From Candidatus Thorarchaeota archaeon (GTDB taxonomy: Archaea; Asgardarchaeota; Thorarchaeia; Thorarchaeales; Thorarchaeaceae), in assembly GCA_029855935.1 (NCBI GenBank), contig JAGSHN010000022.1, positions 1-64,000 on the forward strand: a stretch of DNA of 64,000 bases, in the 5' to 3' direction. Position 1 is the stretch's first letter. Each line of letters starts with the position of its first letter. The position numbers and the translations under genes were made by a program. Shown in pieces: positions 17,143 to 26,925 of the stretch. The notes under the pieces are model-generated. The model had not been told where the DNA came from. It saw nothing but the letters and a program-made list of their open reading frames with translations, and searched no databases.

Positions 17143-19131
17143 TCAGAACTCGAGAAACGGCTCACCCAGTACGATACGCTCAAGAAGGCTGTTCTTGGAG
17201 GCACGCTTGATGATCTCTATGAACCGCTTCTTGAGCCGAGCGTCATCAACGTATTCTGGTTCTCTGATGCCCATCGATTTGATGACCTGATCCAAGACGT
17301 ACTTGAAGTCAAACACCAGGCACGGGATCTTCTTGCCACTCTTTGTTGGACACTTGTCCTTCTTGGCGAGCCCCAGCTTGATGGCCATCTTGGTCTCCTT
17401 CAGATAGAAGGTCATCGCCTTCTCGTAGTTGAGGGTCTCTCGTTTGACCAGCTCTCTTAGGAACGGCAGTCCGAAACGCGTACGGGCCAGCTTCTCTATC
17501 TTGGCCACGAAGGCGTTCACAATGTCGTCATAGGACACCTTCTCGGCCTTCCCACGAGTCTCGAAGACCTTCTCGTCATCCTTTGCGGACTTGAACTTCT
17601 GCTTCTTCAGGGCAAGCTCGCGTTCTCGTCTCTTGCGCTCCTCCTCCTCCTTGCGTCGGCGCTCTTCCTCCTTGCGGCGTCGCTCCTCCTCAAGCCTCTT
17701 CCGCTCAGCCTCCTTTCGACGCTGCTCCTCGAGCCTCTTGCGCTCAAGTTCCTTGCGGCGCTCCTCCTCCTTACGCCTTCTTTCCATCTCCTCCAGAATC
17801 TTCTGCTGGCGCTTCACGAGTGCCTCCATATGCTTCTTGACGTCACGCTCGGTGAGAGTCACGTGCTTCGTCAGGAGCCAACGCACGGAGATGTTGTTGA
17901 CGCGAGGCTTCAGGTCCGCTGAGGAGAATATGAAGCAGGCCGTCTGTTGACCGGGCAGGGCCGTGATGATCTTCTCGGCTGCAGCCTCACCAGCGATGGG
18001 TTCTAGAATCCGCTCAAGAACCTTGAGCGACTGCTCACTGCTGATGCGTCCTGCCGCGATTGTATTGAACTGTTCAAACGCCTTGTAGTCAATGTCCTTC
18101 GGACTCTGAGTGGCTACGAGGCACTCAATACCATACTTGCGTGCCTGTCGGAACAGCAACAGGAAGATCTCCTTCGGTCCCGGTGCTCTCATACCCGCGG
18201 GGATGAACGGCGCGGCCTCGTCCATGAACAGTATCATCCGTGGCTTCTCAGTGAAGCCCTGTCGCAGCATCCACGAATAGAGCTGGTTAAGCATAATTGC
18301 GATGAAGAAGTGCTTCTCCTCCTCGCTCCTCAACGTCTTGAGGAAGATCACGTTTATTGGGGTCTTACCATCCACCGAACGAGTCAGGTCATCAAAGTCA
18401 ATCTGACCCTCCTCCCTGAAGAGCAGCTGTGCCGAGCCGACCGTCAGACTTCTGATGGCCGCGGCCAATTTCTCACGCTCTGAGAACTTCATATACGGCT
18501 CAAGGTCGACACCCACCTCCTCCGCTGGCGCCACAAGCAGATTTGCCAGCTCCATCAGGTCCTTGATCTCGACACCGTTCTCCCAAGTGACCCTGAGAAG
18601 CTCGTACAGGGCCGCAAAGGACTTGCTCTCCCAAGATCGTGACAGACCAGCGACCTTGGCGAGGACCTTGACCAGAGTCCGCGCTGAGTTGTCGAGAAGA
18701 CGAATCATGTCATCGTGGTCAGCCTTCTTGTCAGGCAACTTGAGCGGGTTAATCGAGATGGCCAGACCCTTGGTACTCGCGGGCGTATAGACGCGGACAA
18801 TCACCTTTTCCATGAATTCCTTCAGACGCCTGGGATCGACGCCCTTCTTCTCAAGTTCCTTGGGATCACCCGGCAACATCAATGAGGCGATGTCTCCCTG
18901 AGGGTCAAAGGCTATGACCGGAATGCCCTGAAGTGCAGCCTCCTCCAGAATGACCTTGCTGAGCACCGTCTTGCCCGAGCCGGTGGAACCGAATACGCCA
19001 CCGTGTCTGCGTAACAGGTCCACGCTGATCTCGAACTTCTTGTTAGTGCGATTTCCCTTGTCGTCCAGATAATAGCCCAGCCAGAGCTTACCTTCCTCAG
19101 TCATTTCAAATACCACCTTGGGCGGCGACAC
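17143..19131 (-). CDS. HerA/FtsK-superfamily ATPase (DUF87/DUF853-like) with E/R/K-rich helix and unknown C-terminal domain
   Basis: Walker A GSTGSGKT, FDPQGD, Walker B ILFMDEA, RQARKYG, ATQSP. Confidence 0.88.
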   Translation of the reverse strand: MSPPKVVFEMTEEGKLWLGYYLDDKGNRTNKKFEISVDLLRRHGGVFGSTGSGKTVLSKVILEEAALQGIPVIAFDPQGDIASLMLPGDPKELEKKGVDPRRLKEFMEKVIVRVYTPASTKGLAISINPLKLPDKKADHDDMIRLLDNSARTLVKVLAKVAGLSRSWESKSFAALYELLRVTWENGVEIKDLMELANLLVAPAEEVGVDLEPYMKFSEREKLAAAIRSLTVGSAQLLFREEGQIDFDDLTRSVDGKTPINVIFLKTLRSEEEKHFFIAIMLNQLYSWMLRQGFTEKPRMILFMDEAAPFIPAGMRAPGPKEIFLLLFRQARKYGIECLVATQSPKDIDYKAFEQFNTIAAGRISSEQSLKVLERILEPIAGEAAAEKIITALPGQQTACFIFSSADLKPRVNNISVRWLLTKHVTLTERDVKKHMEALVKRQQKILEEMERRRKEEERRKELERKRLEEQRRKEAERKRLEEERRRKEEERRRKEEEERKRRERELALKKQKFKSAKDDEKVFETRGKAEKVSYDDIVNAFVAKIEKLARTRFGLPFLRELVKRETLNYEKAMTFYLKETKMAIKLGLAKKDKCPTKSGKKIPCLVFDFKYVLDQVIKSMGIREPEYVDDARLKKRFIEIIKRASKNSLLERIVLGEPFLEF
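17600..17790 (-). repeat. Low-complexity coding repeat (EEERRRK-like units)
   Basis: Repeated ctcctcc/ttgcggcg units encoding an ER/K helix. Confidence 0.8.
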
Positions 19132-19212
19132 GTCAACTGTGGCCCCAATTCAGGAGTTAGTTGGGCAACCCGCTTATTTCGTTTACTGGGTCAGACCACC
19201 TAGCATAGGACC

Positions 19213-19274
19213 GAGAAACAGAGAAGAAAGATCGGCGGGAGGGACGGGAACCACTACAGGCGGACGCCCGTCCC
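19213..19274 (-). terminator. Putative hairpin plus pyrimidine-tract terminator
   Basis: gggacggg (19241-19248) pairs with cccgtccc (19267-19274), then tctttcttctctgtttctc on the minus strand, just after the stop at 19288. Confidence 0.45.
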
Positions 19275-19287
19275 CTCCAGGCAGGGT

Positions 19288-19917
19288 CTACTCGCCTACG
19301 GGCTCGTACTTCCGGCTCAGGAACAGCACAATGAGCACTGCAAGAACCACGGCCGAAAGTCCCAGTGTTGCGGCCGCGTGGACATACGAGTTGAAGAAGT
19401 CCCAGACGAAGCGGAATCCTATGAGCAGACCCGCCATTACGCCACCCAGCAGAAGAGACACTATCATAAAGCGGGCGGTCATCTCCTTCACTGCCCCGAT
19501 CTCGCTGCCCTCGGTGATAGTGCTGGAGAACACCACGAAGATGAACAAGAACACATACGCAATCACTATCATCGAGGCGACGTTGAACAGCAGTTCCTGA
19601 AGGTCGGGGTACTCGTTGATGTATCCGAGAATGAGAACTGCGCCGATGGCGAAGATGTAGACGAACATATTGCTGAGCAACTTGTCCTCGGGATGGACAA
19701 AGCCCGTGAGCTCGGTGAATGTGTTGATTATGCTCATCAGCAACACAAGGCCCAGAATCACAACGGATGCAAGCCACAGGTAGTACGGCAGCCTCCAGAG
19801 ACTGCTGGTGAACTCCACATCTGCAGTGAGAAGCAGAAGTTTCACACCTGCGGATACAGCGAGTATCGTGAGTCCGACACCGGAAAGAACGTTACTAATG
19901 GTCGTCAGCCTAACCAC
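19288..19917 (-). CDS. Hypothetical membrane protein (about 6 TM)
   Basis: Six hydrophobic segments with polar loops (FTELTGFVHPEDK). Confidence 0.82.
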   Translation of the reverse strand: MVRLTTISNVLSGVGLTILAVSAGVKLLLLTADVEFTSSLWRLPYYLWLASVVILGLVLLMSIINTFTELTGFVHPEDKLLSNMFVYIFAIGAVLILGYINEYPDLQELLFNVASMIVIAYVFLFIFVVFSSTITEGSEIGAVKEMTARFMIVSLLLGGVMAGLLIGFRFVWDFFNSYVHAAATLGLSAVVLAVLIVLFLSRKYEPVGE

Positions 19918-20080
19918 TGTCTTCAGACTCCCACAATTGCTTTGGTACCCTTGAAGGGGATGGTCCCATATTAACTAATTGCATAGGTTCCCACCCGCAG
20001 CTGGCCTCCACAACCGTAGGCTCAGCCACAGTGTTCCCGTCAGACGGGGCACGGGTGAGATTTATGCGACCGGCTGAGAA

Positions 20081-21283
20081 CTACTCTTCCACCGGCAGGT
20101 GCGCCTCGGGCATAAAGTAGGTCCCTACAACTGCAACTAGGATCAGCAGCGCAACGGCAACGCCAAGCCCGGGCAGACCGTAGCCCGAGTACGCAAAGGC
20201 ACCGAGCGCCGGCCCAATGATCATGCCGGAGCCAAAGAAGATGCTGTAGACACCCATCGTACTGCCTCGAGACTCCGGATCCGACACGTCCGTGAGATAG
20301 GCCATGGCTGCTGGGGGGAAGGCACCCGCTACGAAACCGAGCAGGGGCAAGACTGGCCAGATGCTCCAGAGAGCGGCAAAGTCCCCCGCATAGGCCACAA
20401 GTAGGAACGCCAGAACCCCGAACCCTACCAGTCCGAGGACTATGAAGGGCCTCCGCTTCATCAGACGGTCAGAGAGATGGCCCATCGTGATTATCCCCGC
20501 GAACAGTGCTGCACCCAGCATTCCAAAGAGTACGAGCATATCAGTGGCTGTCAGTGCGAAATGCTCCTCGATGATTGTCTCGGCCTTGGTGATGACAAGT
20601 CCGTAGAGCGAGATTATCGGCACGTAGACCGGTATCATCAGCTGTATCCTGCGGTCGCTGGCCACCTTGCGCAGAAGCTCTGTGATGCGATAGTCGTGGC
20701 GTATTGTGACTGATGTCTCCTTGATGCCGATGACCGAGAGGCCAGCAGCAAAGAAGCATGTGAGAGAGGCAGCAAGTAGGATGCTGACAGGGAGGACTCC
20801 AAACTCAAGCAGGATCACACCAAGGCCGTAGCCACCGGCAAGGCCCATCAGCGTGGAGAGGTCATAGTATCCCATCAGTCGGGCACGGTTGAACTCAGAC
20901 GACGAGTCTGCAATGATGGAGAGGCTGGTAGTCACCTGGGCTGCGGCGCCCAACCCAAATATGACAGCGAAGACGTAGATTATGCTGGACGTCGGCGTCA
21001 GCGAGAAACACAGTGCAGCAGTGGCAGTCATCACAAGACTGGCGATGAATATTGGACGGCGGCCAATCTTGTCAGAATAGGAGCCAAAGAAGGAGACGGT
21101 TGCCAGTTCGGTCACCGGATAGACAATCATCACACCAGCGACCTCCCAGTCTGTCAGACCCCCAAGATATCCCGAGCTCTGAATGACCGCGATGGTCACG
21201 TAGAAGGATGCTCGCATCAGTATCGTCACAAAGTAGAGGGCTATCAGTGTCCACTTGTGCTCCGACTGTCGCAGACCCATCAT
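20081..21283 (-). CDS. MFS transporter
   Basis: GSYSDKIGRRP and GHLSDRLMKRRP motif A repeats; about 12 TM; ATG at 21283. Confidence 0.92.
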   Translation of the reverse strand: MMGLRQSEHKWTLIALYFVTILMRASFYVTIAVIQSSGYLGGLTDWEVAGVMIVYPVTELATVSFFGSYSDKIGRRPIFIASLVMTATAALCFSLTPTSSIIYVFAVIFGLGAAAQVTTSLSIIADSSSEFNRARLMGYYDLSTLMGLAGGYGLGVILLEFGVLPVSILLAASLTCFFAAGLSVIGIKETSVTIRHDYRITELLRKVASDRRIQLMIPVYVPIISLYGLVITKAETIIEEHFALTATDMLVLFGMLGAALFAGIITMGHLSDRLMKRRPFIVLGLVGFGVLAFLLVAYAGDFAALWSIWPVLPLLGFVAGAFPPAAMAYLTDVSDPESRGSTMGVYSIFFGSGMIIGPALGAFAYSGYGLPGLGVAVALLILVAVVGTYFMPEAHLPVEE

Positions 21284-21355
21284 TCCTGACTCCTGAAAGG
21301 TTGGCCCAATGCGATACGCCAGCGTTATAAGTCGTTCTGAGCCATATTGAGGGAC

Positions 21356-21718
21356 ATGCCAGGAGGCCGGATACCCGAGCACGTCGGAGACATAGATCTC
21401 GTCTACGTGGTGCTTTATAGACTGAGGGCACTCACGGACGAGGAGAAGCGTGACTGGGCCGCGCAGTGGAACGACATCAAGCTGCATCTGCCGAGCGGCC
21501 TGAAGATTGTCATAGAGGGGTTCGGTGCGTTCGGTACGGAGTACACCGGCTTCACAGTCTACGAGGGACCGATGGAGAAGTTCAGGGAGCTCGTCGAGTG
21601 TCTGGAGGAACGCGCGGCACCGTATGTCGAGAAGACACAGACGATTGTCGGGACGAAGGGCTTCAATCTCCCGCTGGCCGGAGTCTGGGAGATACTTGAC
21701 TCACGACCCATAGACTGA
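21356..21718 (+). CDS. Hypothetical protein, possible ferredoxin-like fold
   Basis: Alternating beta/alpha pattern; shares GTTATAA (about 21325) with the divergent MFS gene. Confidence 0.65.
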   Translation: MPGGRIPEHVGDIDLVYVVLYRLRALTDEEKRDWAAQWNDIKLHLPSGLKIVIEGFGAFGTEYTGFTVYEGPMEKFRELVECLEERAAPYVEKTQTIVGTKGFNLPLAGVWEILDSRPID

Positions 21719-21797
21719 TCACAACGCTTGCCGCTGCCGCCCACTTTTTAGCCTGCTCAATGACCGCTGTGAAACAACTGACTCTGGAGGCCGACGA

Positions 21798-23558
21798 ATG
21801 CCCAAGACCTGGACTCGCAGCGCAGTGGTGCTCTTTGTTGCCGTGGCCGTCGGGCTCTTCCTGTTCAACATCGCGCCCCCTGAGATTCAGCCAGGCACCT
21901 ACGCGGCCGACCTCGCAGTCGACGCGCCAACCGTCTCCACCTCACTGCAGCTGAATATCTCATTCGTCAGCGCAGGCGACACCACTGAGAAGACACTCTC
22001 CATTGTCGGGTCTGGCACCAATCTCACCATCACCTATACCGACATTGTTGTGATCGGGCCGCGAAACCGCCTCCTCATTGATGTCGCTGTCTCTGGTGAG
22101 CCCATCACAGCAGGCCAGGTCCATGCGGTGCTCCATCTCCCAGAGGACGTGGAGGTGAGTCTGAGACCTACCAGGCAGGTCGGGGACACGTTCAAGATTG
22201 AGTACCAGCCTCTCGTCCACTCCAAAGACGCAGCACTTCTTCTTGGCATTGTTGCCGTCCTGTGGTTCACAGAGGGGATAAGCCTCGTGGCCACGTCAGT
22301 ATTGATACCGATACTCATTGTAGTCCTGAACATCCAGGGCGCCCGGACCGTCCTTGCAGCCTTCTTCGACCCGGCTGTGGCGCTCATCCTCGGCGGTTTC
22401 CTCATCGGCCGAGCGCTCAGCAAGTACGAGCTTGACAAGAGGATAGCACTGCTGCTCCTCTCGAGGGGCGGCGGCTCGGGTGGCAGGCTCGTGCTCACCG
22501 TGATGGCAGCCTCCGCATTTCTCTCGATGTGGATCAGCAACACGGCATCAGCGGCGATAATGATACCGATCGCGCTGGCCGTCATATCACGAATCCGCAC
22601 AGAGGAGGTGAGGACAAGGTATGGAAAGGCCATTGTCCTAGGTGTGGCCTATTCGGCGACACTCGGTGGTGTGGCGACACTGGTCGGGTCGCCCCCAAAC
22701 CCGCTGGCGGCGTCGTACATCAGTTCGTTCATCGGGATCGAGTTCTCGTTCATGAGTTGGCTGCCGTTCGGCCTACCTGTGGTCCTCATTCTACTACCCG
22801 TCATGTGGCAATGGCTCCTCTTCAGGTTCAAGGTGCCAACGGACGTGGAGGAGGTCAGAGTCCTCCATGAGACGTCCCGCAAAGAGTACGAGCGGCTCGG
22901 CCCTGTGACTAGGGAACAGAAACTCGTCATCACAATCTTTGTCGCTGTTGTGGTGCTGTGGTTCACCGAGAAGGTGCCCGATGTGATCGCAGCCCCCACT
23001 GGATGGAGCGGTCACGGCATTCCAAGCTCCATAGTGGCACTACTCGGTGGTCTCGCCCTCCTCGTGACTGGACTACTCGATGAGAGCGACGTCTCGCACG
23101 AGATAGGATGGTCATCGCTGCTGATTCTCGGGAGCGGCATTGCCCTCGGCGGAGCGATGATTGATACGGGCCTGTCCACCTTCATAGCCCATCATCTGGC
23201 GGTCTTGGGCGCTCTGCCTCCACTGCTGATAGTCATAGTCGTCGGCGTTGTGGCCGTCCTCGTCACGATGGTGGCATCTAACACCGGTGCTGCAGTGATA
23301 CTCATCCCAATCGCAATTCCGTTGGCCATAGAACTGGGAATCGACCCAATACTGATCACGATGGTCATAGCAATCTCGGTCTCGATGGACTATGCCTTAC
23401 CGACAGGAACTCCGCCGTCGACGATAGCATACAGTACAGGGAAGGTAGGGCTGAGAGAGATGGTGACCACTGGTCTTGTTGTCGACCTGATCGCCGTCCT
23501 AGTCGTCACCATCGTGGTGGTCTATCTGTGGGTGCTTCTTGGTCTCGTCATCCTCTGA
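21798..23558 (+). CDS. DASS/SLC13 sodium:dicarboxylate or sulfate symporter
   Basis: SMWISNTA, GSPPN, ASNTG, LPTGTPP motifs. Confidence 0.92.
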   Translation: MPKTWTRSAVVLFVAVAVGLFLFNIAPPEIQPGTYAADLAVDAPTVSTSLQLNISFVSAGDTTEKTLSIVGSGTNLTITYTDIVVIGPRNRLLIDVAVSGEPITAGQVHAVLHLPEDVEVSLRPTRQVGDTFKIEYQPLVHSKDAALLLGIVAVLWFTEGISLVATSVLIPILIVVLNIQGARTVLAAFFDPAVALILGGFLIGRALSKYELDKRIALLLLSRGGGSGGRLVLTVMAASAFLSMWISNTASAAIMIPIALAVISRIRTEEVRTRYGKAIVLGVAYSATLGGVATLVGSPPNPLAASYISSFIGIEFSFMSWLPFGLPVVLILLPVMWQWLLFRFKVPTDVEEVRVLHETSRKEYERLGPVTREQKLVITIFVAVVVLWFTEKVPDVIAAPTGWSGHGIPSSIVALLGGLALLVTGLLDESDVSHEIGWSSLLILGSGIALGGAMIDTGLSTFIAHHLAVLGALPPLLIVIVVGVVAVLVTMVASNTGAAVILIPIAIPLAIELGIDPILITMVIAISVSMDYALPTGTPPSTIAYSTGKVGLREMVTTGLVVDLIAVLVVTIVVVYLWVLLGLVIL

Positions 23559-23626
23559 ACCCAGGGCAAGGCTCACGAAGGGCTTAAATCCCAGAGGCAA
23601 CGCCCTCTGCGGAGAGGCGACAAGCA

Positions 23627-24394
23627 GTGGACTGGATAGCAAAGATCATCAATGGCACCCCCGACGAGTTCGTCCACGCCAAGGTGCTGAAGTACGGGGT
23701 GGGCGAGCATCCCGGACCACGGGCATACCTCACACTATCTTCCAAGAAGGTCGGATTCAAGGCCGACCTTGATCTTGAGAAGGTCTTTGTCAGGGCGTAC
23801 GCCCACGCTGCGCCGGACGGCGAGCATAGGGTCTCGGGAGTCATCACGACGTACACGGACCGGCAAGACGCCTTCAGCAGTGTCCCCGTGCCGCTCGACT
23901 GGCGCAAGGCAAAGGGAAAGGGAGCCACCACGTACAAGGCCAAGCTGAAGGCGGTACTCAGCAGAGGCGATCTTGAGGCCCTGCTCTCGGTTGATGATCC
24001 CACGACATTCTATCTACTCACGCTCGTTCCTGCAGATGGGGCGAAGCCTTGGAAGGTCGCAACAAAGACCAAGTTCCCGAAGACACCCGCGGCTGTTGAG
24101 GATGAGTCCGCCGAGAAGGACCCTGTGTTCTGCAAGGGTGCTCTTGGTCGGACCGAGGAGGTGATGAAGTTCCTGTATCGGGAGGTACTGCCTGATGTTG
24201 CTGATATCATCTCTGACAAGACGAAGAGGGTCAAGGTCAGACACAAGATTGTCATCGAGGACATCGAGATACCTGATGATGCGGGACTCTCCTTTGCAGA
24301 GAAGCGACGTCTGGCCAAGAAGACAGGACGACTCGTGCGCGTCGTCGACGTCGATGGCGAGGTGCACACTGGAGAGTACCCGTTCCGCGCATAG
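23627..24394 (+). CDS. Hypothetical basic protein
   Basis: 255-aa Lys-rich ORF with host-like codon usage; CTTAAAT upstream. Confidence 0.75.
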   Translation: MDWIAKIINGTPDEFVHAKVLKYGVGEHPGPRAYLTLSSKKVGFKADLDLEKVFVRAYAHAAPDGEHRVSGVITTYTDRQDAFSSVPVPLDWRKAKGKGATTYKAKLKAVLSRGDLEALLSVDDPTTFYLLTLVPADGAKPWKVATKTKFPKTPAAVEDESAEKDPVFCKGALGRTEEVMKFLYREVLPDVADIISDKTKRVKVRHKIVIEDIEIPDDAGLSFAEKRRLAKKTGRLVRVVDVDGEVHTGEYPFRA

Positions 24395-24466
24395 CGCCGC
24401 CATTTGACCGCAAGGTTTAAACCTATGCCCCAACGGCTGAGTCCCTGACTCGAAGAGGTGGCACAG

Positions 24467-24670
24467 ATGCTCCAGATCCACTTTGCTACGTTGTTCTTCC
24501 CGCTTGCGATTGTGTTTATCGCATTGGGCCTGATAGCCTTTGGTTGGCTCGTAGTCCACGTGGAGCACAGCCGCCACTTCTCCACGGCGAAGGTCGTCAT
24601 TGCTGGCATCATAGGCGCATTCTTCGTCGGTCTCGGCCTCCAGTTTCTCCTGCTGTGGATGGGCGCGTGA
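24467..24670 (+). CDS. Oligosaccharyltransferase subunit Ost5/TMEM258 homologue
   Basis: Two TMs; FFVGLGLQFLLLWMG vs recalled human TMEM258 LFMGFGVLFLLLWVG; TTTAAA at 24416 and GAGGTG upstream. Confidence 0.75.
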   Translation: MLQIHFATLFFPLAIVFIALGLIAFGWLVVHVEHSRHFSTAKVVIAGIIGAFFVGLGLQFLLLWMGA

Positions 24671-24847
24671 TAGCACCGTTCCACGATAGACTGTGCATTG
24701 CATCAACAGACCACTCCTTGAGTGATGAGTACTTTCCGATGGCGGCCTGTTTCTGGTAGGGGATACGTGCAAGCATAATTCATATCTAAAGCAGTGAGCT
24801 CTCCTTATAGCTGGAGTTCTTGGACTTGCTAGTGAGGAGAGCAGAGC

Positions 24848-26023
24848 TTGCTTAGCGAAACGGACATCAGCAAGATGGCAGGTGACATCCGCCGAAGGAT
24901 GATTGAGGAGTTCAAAGAGAAGCATGCCTCTCTCCGAACGAGGGCCTTCAGGGTGCCCGTCGACGAGGCCCGCAGGATTGCAGAGCTCCTGCACTGTCCA
25001 CTGCAGATTGCCACGTGCGCCTACATTGTGGAGATGGACGGCATCCTGTCGGCCAAGAGTGCCGCCGACTTGATGATGCTTGAGTTTCGCAGGAGGGCCT
25101 CTGTTGGAGAGGAGGTGCCGAATCTTCCTGGCAGTTTGCTTGACTTTGCCATTGAGGAGAGCAAGTGGATTGAGTACATCTATGGCGGGTTCGCGAGAGC
25201 CATAGAACGTCACACCCGCAGCCTGAGCAACCTTGAGGGCGCGCTCAACACTGAGGAGGCAACGGTGGAGCAGGCTCTGGCCGTCATTCGTGAGAGGAGG
25301 CGCATCGCCGAGGGCGCCATTGCACCAATAGTTGAAGAGTGGCAGAAGGATCACATTCGCTCTCACGGGCTCGACGCGCTCACAGCCTTTGGGCCTGTAT
25401 TGACGAAGTGGCCTAGGATGACATTCCTCGGCAAACTCAACATCATAAGGAGGCGTACGCAGGCCCTGTTCAGACTACTTGCCAAGATACTGGCACAGGC
25501 CTCCGATTCTGCGACTGTGGACGCGAGCATTCTACGTCTGAACCGACTACTGGACATTCTGGCCCTCGACTACAAGAAGATGGACTCCACCGCAATAGCG
25601 CATCTGCTTCTTCAGATGGCTCCACGGGCCAGCGGTCGTGGCGACAAGGTGGCGTACGTCATCGTCGGGTCGCCCTCGACAAGAGGCAACAAGGCCGAAC
25701 CGGATATGACGTCGCCCTTGGACTTCCTTGAGAGGGACATCCACCTTGCCAGGCGCAGAGGGGATGAGGAACGGGAGAGATACCTAAGCGAGCGCATCGC
25801 TCGCGTCATCAGAGTCCTCGAGTACAAGGGGATGGACGTGAAGCAGAGCACCGAGGAGATACTGAGGGAGATCGCCCAGCGCTTTGGCCTCAATGTCGAG
25901 GTTGCGACACGATACGGAGAGGACCTCATGGATCAGCTCGAAATAGTACCACCGGATGAGAGAGAGAACAAGGCAGCCCATCTGATATTCGACTTCATAG
26001 TGGACCGGATCTATGGCAGGTGA
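24848..26023 (+). CDS. Hypothetical all-helical protein
   Basis: 391-aa ORF, TTG start with GAGGAG upstream; no recognised motif. Confidence 0.8.
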   Translation: MLSETDISKMAGDIRRRMIEEFKEKHASLRTRAFRVPVDEARRIAELLHCPLQIATCAYIVEMDGILSAKSAADLMMLEFRRRASVGEEVPNLPGSLLDFAIEESKWIEYIYGGFARAIERHTRSLSNLEGALNTEEATVEQALAVIRERRRIAEGAIAPIVEEWQKDHIRSHGLDALTAFGPVLTKWPRMTFLGKLNIIRRRTQALFRLLAKILAQASDSATVDASILRLNRLLDILALDYKKMDSTAIAHLLLQMAPRASGRGDKVAYVIVGSPSTRGNKAEPDMTSPLDFLERDIHLARRRGDEERERYLSERIARVIRVLEYKGMDVKQSTEEILREIAQRFGLNVEVATRYGEDLMDQLEIVPPDERENKAAHLIFDFIVDRIYGR

Positions 26024-26802
26024 AGACACACTTGATACGAGCCAATCCGATGTACTGGCTTCTCGACCTTGAGACATACGATTTTGATGTGGGCATATTG
26101 CGGGGGGCCGACCTGACAGGCAAGATGATTGTGGTGTCGAGCCAGATATGGTCGCTCATCAGAGGGGACACGGTCCTCTCGATGCTGATTGGTCCAGGCG
26201 TATTCAAGGGTGTAGCAGAACTCGGAAACAGGCGTATCGATCTGCTCGAATACATCGCCGGGGTGCTCTTTGACCCCAGCGCCCTTCGCGTGAGCGAACC
26301 TCTACCACAACTCGACATCGTCAATCCCGAGGTGATAGACCCCCTTGAAACACGGAAGGTCGAGGAGATTGTCACCATCATCAGGAAGGTCATTGTAGAG
26401 AGAGGCAACGTCCTGCCCGGGAATGTCATACTCCATCACGAGCCGAAGGCCTCAGTACCATTGACTATGCACGCCCTCGACCTGACCAAGAAGATCAACG
26501 TCTCTCATATCACTGGCGTCCAGAGAGCAAGATTCATCCTCGCTGGCACCAACGGCCCGCTGTACAGGCCTTTCGTCGAGCACTATCGCAACAGGGGCTT
26601 CATCAATCCCGAGAGATTGAAGATCCTCGCCGTGGCATTCCGGAAGATGACCGGTTTCCACGACGCCGACATCATGTCCGACTGGATGATAGTGGAGAAG
26701 GCAGGCACGGAGACCAACACGGGCGCCAAGGCCATTGCCGCCGAGTATCACGATGTGATGGAACAAATGAAGCGGAACGAAGACAGGTACCTCTATGAAT
26801 GA
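26020..26802 (+). CDS. Hypothetical protein
   Basis: 260-aa ORF; GTGA overlap with the upstream gene. Confidence 0.8.
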   Translation: MKTHLIRANPMYWLLDLETYDFDVGILRGADLTGKMIVVSSQIWSLIRGDTVLSMLIGPGVFKGVAELGNRRIDLLEYIAGVLFDPSALRVSEPLPQLDIVNPEVIDPLETRKVEEIVTIIRKVIVERGNVLPGNVILHHEPKASVPLTMHALDLTKKINVSHITGVQRARFILAGTNGPLYRPFVEHYRNRGFINPERLKILAVAFRKMTGFHDADIMSDWMIVEKAGTETNTGAKAIAAEYHDVMEQMKRNEDRYLYE

Positions 26803-26925
26803 GGAGAGTATGTATCTCCTCCAGCCAGCGGGGGTCTCCTCCTTCGTCTCTCTCCTAGTCCCTCAGCGGGCCCGACCGCAAAGGTCTTTGCCACCGACTG
26901 AACGACGCGGGGCGAGGACAGGAAC

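Noticed and set aside
17600-17790. Repetitive DNA considered as a CRISPR array or VNTR
   Set aside because: Degenerate codon-level repeats with no spacers; explained by the ER/K helix.
24014-25366. 450-aa minus-strand ORF
   Set aside because: Overlaps three better-supported plus-strand genes; no motifs.
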